Virus record (IMG/VR): IMGVR_UViG_3300037483_001670
Location: 32,001-96,000 of that record
Direction: 5' to 3' (one strand)
DNA length: 64,000 nucleotides
Source of the DNA: a virus
Shown: one piece after another, positions 56,085 to 64,000 of the stretch
Layout of the letters: each line of letters begins with the position of its first letter
How positions within the stretch are numbered: position 1 is the first letter of the stretch
Notes under the pieces: generated by a model
Database searches by the model: none
Seen by the model: only the letters and a program-made list of their open reading frames with translations
What the model was told of the DNA's origin: nothing
Position numbers and translations under genes: made by a program

Positions 56085-59000
56085 ATGACCGCTGCCCTCG
56101 CCACCGTTCCCGCCGAGCTCCACGGCCGCGCGCAGTTCGCACTGACGCAGATCGCCGAGGCGTGGCGCCGCGACACCCACGGGACGCAGTACGTCGAGGC
56201 CCTGAAGACGTTCCTCTTCGGCCTGCCGAGCCGCAACACACGCGCGCAATACAGCCGATCGATCAACGAGTTTTTCGAGTGGTACGAGCGCGAGAAGGGG
56301 CGCATTCCGGTCCCGGGCGAGGTCCGGCGAGAGGACGCGATCAAGTACGCCGATTGGCTCCGCACCCGCACCGTCGGGCTCGAGGAGCATCGTCTCAAGA
56401 AGGACACGACCCGCCGGCTCGATCTCGCGATCTACCGCCTCGTGAAAGCGTCGCCCGGCATCCGCGTTGACACGATCCGCGGCCACCTCCTCGCCAGCCC
56501 CGAGTTCACGGTGCTCGCCAAGATGCGGCCGAACGCGGCGGCCGCGTCGCTCGATCGCGTGCTCAAGATCGAAGAAGCCAGCCCCGACGGGCTCGATCGG
56601 CACCTCGGCTGCCTCGTCTCCATGCGCGTGCTCGAGCGCTCGCCGTCGATCGACGACATCCGAATGGGCCGCTTCATCGTGCCCGGGCTCGACATACCGA
56701 GCCGGGCGCAGATCGAGTTCCGCGTGCCCGAGATGACGTTCGCATACCGCGTCGCGGCCCACGATGAGCCGACGGGTGCAGGGCGCGCGAGCACGATCAA
56801 GATCCGCCTCACGGCGCTGAAAAGCTTCTGGAGCTACCTCATTCGGTCCGGCGAAAACGTGCGCGGGATGACCGATCCGCTCCTGAAATACAACATCTGG
56901 GAAGCCGGCACGGCGCAAGCCTCCAGGGAAGCGAAGGCGCAGCAAGCCGTGAGCCGGTCGCTGAAAACGCCGGACATGGAGATCTTCAATCGCCTGCTCG
57001 GCACGACGTACCGAACGAGCAGCGAAGATGGAATGGTGCTGCCGTCGCGCGATCTCGAGGACATCCGCGACCGCGCGATCCTGCTCTTTCTCCTCTACAT
57101 CGCGAGCCGGGCCGAGGAGCTCGTCACGATCCAGCGAACGGACGTCGTGTGGGGTCCCGAGCCGCTCGTGTCGATCCTCGGCAAGGGGCAAAAGAAGCGC
57201 CTCGTGCGCATCCCGGACCCGGCCTACCAAGCGGTGCTCGATCTCACCGCCAAGCTCGAGGAGCTAGCCGACCAGGCCGAGCGCTCGCGCCCGACCGAGA
57301 TCGCTCCCGCGCGGCGCCTACTCGCCCCCGACGCGCCTCTCTTTCCGCCGACGTCGCGCTGGGGATGCAACGCCGACATCAACCGAAGGAAAGAGCTGCC
57401 TCCGATCCTGCCGGCGCTCGATCGCACGGCCATCTACAAGATGCTGCACCGGCGCGCGGAAGAGACCGGTTTTGCGCGCGGATCGCACGAGTTCACGCGG
57501 TCGCACCCGCACGGCTTCCGGCATCTCGCCGCCCAGCTCGCGCGCGACGCCGGCACCCCCCTTCCCATCATCCAGGCCGTGCTCGGCCATTCCTCCCTTT
57601 CGACCACCGGCACCTACACCGAAGCGCGCGACCCGAACAGCGTGATCCTCTTCGGTTGGAGCCCCCCCCAGATCGTCGGCGGGTCGCCCGCTGCTCCACC
57701 CGGCGCGCCCATTCCGCCGCCCACGGCGCGCCCAATTGTCACTCCGGCACCTCCGACACCCGAGCGCCCGCGCCCCCCCGTGAAGGTCGTTCAGACGGTC
57801 GGAACGCCGGTTCCGGAGCCCATCCCCGCCGCGCGTCCGCCGGCTCCCCATGACTGGCCCGTCGCGCTGCCGCCGCCTCCTCCGCTGCCTCCGGATCCGG
57901 AGCCCATGCCCGACGTCGCGCCACCGCCGGAGGAGCGCCTGGTCGCCGTCGGAGCCACGCCTGAATCGCTCTTCGAGGAGGACCAGCGCCGCACCGCGGC
58001 CGAGCTCGATCGCATCTACGAGACCAACTGGGGCGAGGCCCGTGGCGGCGAGCAACTGCGCACCGGCAAGAAAGTCCCGGGCGACGAGGCCTACGACACG
58101 CTCATCCGCACGACGGCGGGGCGGCGCTCGGGGCTCGTGTGGTGGGCGGGCCCGACGGGACGCCTTCAGCTCAGCATGCCGGTGATGTCGCCCGGCCAGG
58201 TTATCGGCGAGGAGACCGTGTACGGCTCGGTTCGGGAGCGGCTCGGCGAGCTCTGGACGCATTGGATGGATCTCGACGACGACGCCCGCGGGCCGACGGC
58301 CGCGTTCGCGCTCCTCGCATGGGTGCGCGATGCGCTCGAGGTCTCCTACGACGTCGCGAGCGAAGTCGAGGTCCGCCAGGGCGAGTGGATCGGCTACCTT
58401 GCCCCCATCGAAGCGACCGCGCGCACCACCGGCAAACGGCGCATCTTTCGGGAGCACCGCGACGATCGCATTGCTGACTGGTTCGGAACGACGGCGTGGC
58501 AGCATCGGATCTCCCGAGGCCGAACGGCCACCGGGGGGCGCCCTCCGCGCGTCGTTGACACCGTGCTCGACGTCCCAGCGTGGTACCAGCTCGCCGATCC
58601 GCTCGCCGAGCTCAGCGACGCCGACCGACGCGATCTGTTCGACTGGATCCGCGTGCTCACCGGCCGGCCCCCCGTCGATCCGACCGTCCGCTACAAGGGC
58701 GCATCTCGCAAGGACATCGGAGGCCTCATCGGCCTCATGTGCACCTACGACGCGAATCGCGCCGAGCTCCGCCGCGCGCAGCACGCCGGCGAGCGCGAGG
58801 CCCTGCGCGATCTGAAGCACAGCGTCGAGCAGGATCGCGAGGCCGTGAACCTGGTCGTGCAGAGCATGCGCAACCTGAAGTTCGACATCCGCGCGGCCGT
58901 CGACGAACGCGTGCAAGGCACCCGTCAACGGATGGAATCCGAGTCCATCCGCAAGGCGGCCGGCGAAGAGGACGACGACGAGAGCTCACCGCGGGAGCGC

Positions 59001-59717
59001 CGTGAGGGCAACCGCAAGTTCTACCTGCGGGTCATCGGTGATCTGTTCGGGCCCGAGGCGGCCGCGGACGACATCCTCGCCCTCTTCGCGTACTGCAACC
59101 AGGAGGATGCCCCCCTTTCCGGCTGGCTGTATCCCCAACTTTTTCACATCCAGGGGAAAACGATCGTGCACTCGCCCGAGTTCGCGAAACAGTTCGCGCG
59201 CGAAACCGGCGGGGCGCACAGCGAGTGCGTGGCCCGCCGGATGGCCCGCGAGCTCTGGGAGCTCCGGCAGAAGCAGCGCGAGGCCGAGATCGCCGGCAGC
59301 ACCGCGCCGCGCCTCATCCAGCGCCCGGACGAGCTCCTCGAGTGGCTCCACGCGATGGCGTTCTTCAAGATCCCGTGTCCCCGCGAGCTCGAGACGGAGC
59401 TCCGCGAGCGCATCGCCGATCGCACGCCGGTGCCGGTCTACGAGGAATGGCAGCGCTGGCGCCAGCAGATCGAAGAGCGGTTCAGCAAGGAACGCTCGGC
59501 CGTGCGCGCCGCACGCGCGCAGGAGCAGACCCGCCACGTCGGCATCCTGGAAGAGTTTGGTGAGGCGGCCGAGAAGTACCGCGAGGCCGTCCAGCGCGAC
59601 GCCCGCGCCACCGAGTTCGAGCCGAATGCGCGCGCGAAGGAGTACCGCTACCAGCCCAACATGCGCCGGTTCGTGCCGAGCCCCGTCGCGCTCCTCTTCT
59701 GCGTCTACGCGAGATAA
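56085..59717 (+). CDS. giant tyrosine recombinase (XerC/D-like core plus ~700-aa C-terminal extension)
   Basis: RDRAILLFL..SRAEE (R); GKGQKKR (K); HPHGFRH (HxxR); LGHSSLSTTGTY (H, Y); Pro-rich linker; 1210 aa. Confidence 0.88.
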   Translation: MTAALATVPAELHGRAQFALTQIAEAWRRDTHGTQYVEALKTFLFGLPSRNTRAQYSRSINEFFEWYEREKGRIPVPGEVRREDAIKYADWLRTRTVGLEEHRLKKDTTRRLDLAIYRLVKASPGIRVDTIRGHLLASPEFTVLAKMRPNAAAASLDRVLKIEEASPDGLDRHLGCLVSMRVLERSPSIDDIRMGRFIVPGLDIPSRAQIEFRVPEMTFAYRVAAHDEPTGAGRASTIKIRLTALKSFWSYLIRSGENVRGMTDPLLKYNIWEAGTAQASREAKAQQAVSRSLKTPDMEIFNRLLGTTYRTSSEDGMVLPSRDLEDIRDRAILLFLLYIASRAEELVTIQRTDVVWGPEPLVSILGKGQKKRLVRIPDPAYQAVLDLTAKLEELADQAERSRPTEIAPARRLLAPDAPLFPPTSRWGCNADINRRKELPPILPALDRTAIYKMLHRRAEETGFARGSHEFTRSHPHGFRHLAAQLARDAGTPLPIIQAVLGHSSLSTTGTYTEARDPNSVILFGWSPPQIVGGSPAAPPGAPIPPPTARPIVTPAPPTPERPRPPVKVVQTVGTPVPEPIPAARPPAPHDWPVALPPPPPLPPDPEPMPDVAPPPEERLVAVGATPESLFEEDQRRTAAELDRIYETNWGEARGGEQLRTGKKVPGDEAYDTLIRTTAGRRSGLVWWAGPTGRLQLSMPVMSPGQVIGEETVYGSVRERLGELWTHWMDLDDDARGPTAAFALLAWVRDALEVSYDVASEVEVRQGEWIGYLAPIEATARTTGKRRIFREHRDDRIADWFGTTAWQHRISRGRTATGGRPPRVVDTVLDVPAWYQLADPLAELSDADRRDLFDWIRVLTGRPPVDPTVRYKGASRKDIGGLIGLMCTYDANRAELRRAQHAGEREALRDLKHSVEQDREAVNLVVQSMRNLKFDIRAAVDERVQGTRQRMESESIRKAAGEEDDDESSPRERREGNRKFYLRVIGDLFGPEAAADDILALFAYCNQEDAPLSGWLYPQLFHIQGKTIVHSPEFAKQFARETGGAHSECVARRMARELWELRQKQREAEIAGSTAPRLIQRPDELLEWLHAMAFFKIPCPRELETELRERIADRTPVPVYEEWQRWRQQIEERFSKERSAVRAARAQEQTRHVGILEEFGEAAEKYREAVQRDARATEFEPNARAKEYRYQPNMRRFVPSPVALLFCVYAR

Positions 59718-59725
59718 CCCCCGCC

Positions 59726-60160
59726 ATGTCTGCTGTGTTCATTAAGCCGTTCAAGGAACTCACGCCAAGTGAAGTTGTGCAACTGAAGCGGTTGACACGC
59801 ACAAAAGGCTCGATGAGGGCCGAACTTTCGATCGGCAGAAAACCTCACGAGAAACAGGAATTTACCGCTGTTTTTTACAAAGTACGCAACCAGATCGTTG
59901 CTTGGTGGAGCGTCGCTAAGGCACCCAAAGGAACGGTCTTCGTCAATGCCTTCACGCACCACATGTATCGAGGCAAAGGGATCGCGCAGGATCTCGGACG
60001 ATGTGTGATCACTTGGGTAGCTCGACAATACGGCAAGGGAACCCAATTGGTGGCGTACCCGTACGACGACGCCGGCGCGAACCTCTACAAACGTCTCGGG
60101 TACACCCCCGATCCGAACGGAAGGACTTGGTCTCGTTTGACCAGTGGGGCACACACGTGA
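59726..60160 (+). CDS. GNAT-family acetyltransferase
   Basis: FTHHMYRGKGIAQDL (motif A); ANLYKRLGY (motif B); lower GC. Confidence 0.8.
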   Translation: MSAVFIKPFKELTPSEVVQLKRLTRTKGSMRAELSIGRKPHEKQEFTAVFYKVRNQIVAWWSVAKAPKGTVFVNAFTHHMYRGKGIAQDLGRCVITWVARQYGKGTQLVAYPYDDAGANLYKRLGYTPDPNGRTWSRLTSGAHT

Positions 60161-60395
60161 GAGCGCTCACCCTCATCGCCGCCATGGTCCCCGCTGCCAC
60201 GCCGGCCGCCGCCGTCACGCAACCGAACGTGAAAGACCCGATGGCGCCCGAGCTCCCGACGCTGGTCAAGAAAAACAAGATGCGCGTCGGCTGGGTCACT
60301 GGCGGCACTGGGCCGAAGCACCGGTCGAAGCAGGAACGCAACCAGCGCAAGGCCGTGCGCCGCGCCCGTGCCCGCAACACGAAACGGTAGCAGCG

Positions 60396-60887
60396 ATGCA
60401 CGCGAGCAAACGGCACCTGCGTATCTACCAGTTCGATGACTACGGCACCGAGATCGATCCGGCGCCGTTCAGCACGGCGTACATGCCGGCCACCCGCATG
60501 CCCTTCAACCGACGGCTCCGCGCGAGCGATTACTGTTCGCTCACGCACCAGCTCCGCCAGCAGCTCGCCGTCCACCTCGCCCTCCGCGAAGCGAAGCGCA
60601 AAAAGCCGCTCTACTGGGGCGTATTCGTGGTGGTCTGCCCCGATCGCAGCCGGGCCGCGTACCGCTCGAAGCGAGCCAAAACGCCGGGGCTCCAAGCGCG
60701 ACTCGTTCCTGGCAACGCCTACCTCGGTTCGTACGCCGCGATTTCGCCGCTCGGTAAGATCGTCGCCGGTGACGTCATGGCCCCCCGTCTGCGGCAGGCC
60801 GTCGCCGAGGCCGAGGGGATGATCCGCGAGGTCATGATGCGCAAGCCCGGCGAGCACGACAAGCGCTTCTTGCTCAGCCGTCGCTGA
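60396..60887 (+). CDS. hypothetical basic protein
   Basis: ATG at 60396. Confidence 0.45.
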   Translation: MHASKRHLRIYQFDDYGTEIDPAPFSTAYMPATRMPFNRRLRASDYCSLTHQLRQQLAVHLALREAKRKKPLYWGVFVVVCPDRSRAAYRSKRAKTPGLQARLVPGNAYLGSYAAISPLGKIVAGDVMAPRLRQAVAEAEGMIREVMMRKPGEHDKRFLLSRR

Positions 60888-61177
60888 TTCAGCCCGGCGT
60901 CATCGAGCAATCGTCGTCGACGTCTAGCGCTGCGGCTGTGGCAAGAACCCGGGCAGCGTCGGCTGATCGATCGACGCGCCCGTGGTCGCAAATTCGCAGC
61001 CGGCCTTGTGGAACGCCTGTTTTTTGCACCGATTCCAGAACCGCTTGTACGTCGTCGGGCAGATGCTGATCTTCATGCGCGGGCAGAAGCCATCGTCAAA
61101 AATCGCCTCCGGCGGCGCCGGATCGGCCACGACCGGCGGTGGATCGTCGATGTAGTCGTCCGGGTTCCACGGCTCTT

Positions 61178-62536
61178 CTAGAGGAATTTCTCCGGATCCC
61201 ACGGCTCTGTCTCCGGCTCGGGGGCCTGCTTCGAGTTGATGATGCTCCCGAGCATCGCATGGAGCCGCAGAACGTCGCCACCACCTTTCAGACCCACGAA
61301 AAGGGTATGCCCGTCCGCCATCCGAAACTCGACGGCCCACTCGATCTCCGTCTTGTCGCGCATCCGCCGCCGCGTCACGCGGGCCGGCTCCACAAGGCGG
61401 ATCACGTGGTCGCCTGGCTTCACGGAGACTGCTGCTTCATCTGCTTGGCTCGCTCGACAGCAGCGCGCTGCGTCTCCGCAGACTCGGCAAACTTCGCGAT
61501 GAGCTTCGGGAGCACCTCAGCTCCGTAGGCCTTCAGGTCCGCCGCCAGCGCCGCCTGCTCGAGCGGCGTAAAGCGGGAGGCCAGTTGCGTGTACAGCTCG
61601 AGCGCTCGCTGGTTCATTTGCAGCCCTTTCCTTTTCCACTACTCGATGGGATCGCCGAAGACGAAACGTTGCTTCTTCCGCCTTTTCTTGGCCGGCGCCC
61701 AGCTGAGCAACCGATTCGCTGCCTTCCATAGCTTTCGATCTTTCTCCGTCACGATGATCGACGTTCCCTCGGGCGGCAGCTTCTCGTCGTGGAACGACAT
61801 TGTTTCGATCGCCACCGCTTTTGCCGCGGCGATCACATCGTCCCGCAAGGTCTTCAACGTCACTTTCGGCATGGTCAGCCTTTCTCCACGGGCGCGTCCT
61901 CGATGGTCCAGTCGATGATAGGCGAGCACGTCGGCACAGCCACGAAACGATTCGCCTCGTCTCGCGTCATTTGCTTGGCCCGCCGGGGTGCAGACACGAG
62001 CCCGTTCTCGGACAACCACCGCTTCATCCCAAATGTGTTCGTCCCCACGACGTAGAGCTTTGGCTTCGCAAAGAGGCGCTGCCACCATTGCCTCAGCATC
62101 ACGGTTTCGGACTCCAGTTCGAGCACTTCGCCACGGCGACGCGCAGTTCGTGCCCAGCATCACGCGCAAAGTCGCGCGTGAGACAAATGTCACCGAGGCG
62201 CGACGCGAAGTTGACCCGGTAGCGCTTTCCTTCGTGGTCGCAAAACAGCTTGAAACGCTCGGTCCACGGGCGAAAGTCCACCTGGAGCACCGCCGGCATC
62301 CGAAAAAAATTGAGCACGAACCGCGCGTACGGATCGCCGCCGTGCCGGTCGATGAAGTCGTCGACGTCGATCCCGTCCGGATTGCGCTTGTTGACGATCT
62401 CCCGCTCGGCCGTCGTGAGCTGCCTCCAAAGCCGGTCCATCGCATCGCGCACCATGCCGGCGGTCGTATCGTCCTGGTCGTCCAGAAGGCGCGCCGCCTC
62501 GTCGAGGCTCAGGTAGGCCGCAAGGTAGACGTACAT
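61178..62536 (-). other. run of small minus-strand hypothetical CDSs (61178-61423, 61420-61617, 61639-61872, 61875-62126, 62099-62536)
   Basis: Closely packed or overlapping ORFs, co-oriented downstream of the UvrD gene. Confidence 0.5.
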
Positions 62537-62539
62537 CGA

Positions 62540-63001
62540 TCAGGCTTCCTCGCGCTCTCGCGAAGCCACCGGCTCCGGCGGGTCCGAAAAGACGGGTCTC
62601 CGCCCGGTGGCCCACACAGGCTCCATGCTGATCTCGAAGCTCCACCCGGAATAGTGCGAGCTCACGTAGGCGACGACCTTAACGTGCTGGCTTTTCTCCA
62701 ACATCGCCTTCAGCTTGTCATCGAAACAGCCCATACCGCCCGCCTCGACCGACGCGCGAACCTCTTCCGATGCCCCCTCGATCGCCGCTGCGCGCGTCGT
62801 GAAAAGGTGCACGTATTCGTGGCGCGAGGTGTGCCCCATCGAAACGATGTTGCGCGTCGTCTTGAGCTCCCACACGTGGAGCGCCGACTCGTCAGGCTCG
62901 AACATCAAATCGCCCGCTTTGCGCTTCGCCACCAGCTGGGCATGCCGTTTGGCCGATTCCTCGGCCACCACCGCCAACGTCGCACCTCGCGCCGTCTTCA
63001 C
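62540..63001 (-). CDS. hypothetical protein
   Basis: GTG at 63001 coupled to the UvrD stop. Confidence 0.5.
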   Translation of the reverse strand: MKTARGATLAVVAEESAKRHAQLVAKRKAGDLMFEPDESALHVWELKTTRNIVSMGHTSRHEYVHLFTTRAAAIEGASEEVRASVEAGGMGCFDDKLKAMLEKSQHVKVVAYVSSHYSGWSFEISMEPVWATGRRPVFSDPPEPVASREREEA

Positions 63002-64000
63002 GGCAGCGCCCGATCGTTTCGCACGTTGAGCCGCATCGCCGCTCGTTCCTTCTGCTCGTACTCGTACTGCGTGATCCACACCCGGTGCTGCTCCGGCAGA
63101 TCGTCGAGAAACACGCTCGGGTCGCTCGTGACGATCTGCCCGTACCGCAGGCGCCGGGCGCAGTACGTCAGCCAAAGCTGCCGGCGCGCGCGGGTGATGG
63201 CCACGTACGCGAGGCGCCGTTCCTCGTTCTTGTCGGGCGCGAGGACCGCGTTCTGGTGCGGGAACACACCCTTTTCCATGCCCACGATGAAAACGTAGTC
63301 GAACTCGAGCCCCTTCGCCGCGTGCACGGTCATCAGCACCATCTTCGCTTCCGCGTCGGCCGAGTCCTGATCGGTCAGCAGCGCCACCTCCTCCAGGTAC
63401 CCGAGCACCGTCGGGGTTTCCCCAACATTTCCCATGCGCTTTTCGTAGTACGCGATCGATTCCACAACTTGGTCACAGTTTTTCGCCCGCTCCTCCGCGT
63501 CCTCCATCGCGCGGGTCGATTTCGCACCGATCGCCTCCTCGAGCCACATGGCCTTGTACCGAGTCTCCTCGATGAGCATCGCGGCCATGTCGCTCGGCCG
63601 CATGTTCATCGTCCTGCCACAGAGCCCTGACATGATCTCCTTGAACTTCGTCAGCTGTTCACGTTCCTTCAGGCGGATGTCGGGCGACCACGCCGCGTGA
63701 TCGAGAGCTTCCCACATGGAGACCTTCTTACGCTTCGCAACTTCCCTCAGTTTCTTCACAGTGCCGGCGCCGATGCCGCGGACCGGTCGGTTGATGACGC
63801 GGATGAGGTCGACGTCGGAGTTCGGCTTGGTCGCGAGGCGCAGGTACGCGAGCACGTCGCGCACCTCCTTGCGCTCGTAGAACGAATGCCCGCCGACGAC
63901 CACGTACGGGATCGCCGCCAGGCGGAGCTCGTCCTCGATCGGCCGCGAGAGCGAATGCGACCGGTAGAGCACCGCCATGTCGCCCGGCGCCGCGCCGGCC
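62998..64000 (-). CDS. uvrD: UvrD/PcrA/Rep helicase, C-terminal part (5' end lies beyond the window)
   Basis: AVLYR; FYERKEVRDVLAYL; INRPVRGIG; MTVHAAKGLEF; EERRLAYVAITRAR. Confidence 0.93.
   Translation of the reverse strand, partial: AGAAPGDMAVLYRSHSLSRPIEDELRLAAIPYVVVGGHSFYERKEVRDVLAYLRLATKPNSDVDLIRVINRPVRGIGAGTVKKLREVAKRKKVSMWEALDHAAWSPDIRLKEREQLTKFKEIMSGLCGRTMNMRPSDMAAMLIEETRYKAMWLEEAIGAKSTRAMEDAEERAKNCDQVVESIAYYEKRMGNVGETPTVLGYLEEVALLTDQDSADAEAKMVLMTVHAAKGLEFDYVFIVGMEKGVFPHQNAVLAPDKNEERRLAYVAITRARRQLWLTYCARRLRYGQIVTSDPSVFLDDLPEQHRVWITQYEYEQKERAAMRLNVRNDRALP

Noticed and set aside
1-64000. Virion structural genes, reverse transcriptase/DGR, cas1/cas2, rRNA, IS transposases
   Set aside because: No diagnostic motifs were seen in the ORF track; absence applies only to this window and to inspection by eye.

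Overview
GC-rich (about 65-70% by eye), gene-dense window that looks like the non-structural part of a large phage, phage-plasmid or integrative element. A myxobacteria-like host is only an inference. No capsid, terminase or tail genes are recognisable. Layout: (1) a minus-strand run of small accessory genes (1-10.5 kb; DUF3560, RadC/JAB, HNH); (2) a divergent intergenic region with repeats and a long RNA stem (10.5-11.5 kb); (3) a plus-strand accessory run with a degenerate ComM, an intein-split TOPRIM protein and a LuxR HTH; (4) a TnpB/Cas12f-like type V effector whose first RuvC catalytic Asp is Asn, directly followed by a CRISPR array (13 identical 36-nt repeats plus 5 degenerate), with no cas1/cas2/cas4 or Tn7 genes in the window; (5) pyrF, two HTH genes and a SNF2 helicase; (6) a recombination/replication block (RecT-like, groES, thyA, ssb, HNH, SbcC-like, HerA-like, Dam-family MTase, SF2 helicase, a 1210-aa tyrosine recombinase, UvrD fragment). 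A palindromic motif, TAGTACG(A/T)TCGTAAC, recurs at seven promoter-like intergenic sites, including directly upstream of the cas12-like gene. The best candidate for a new system is a nuclease-dead mini type V CRISPR system wired into the element's own regulon. All calls come from reading motifs by eye; no database search was run.
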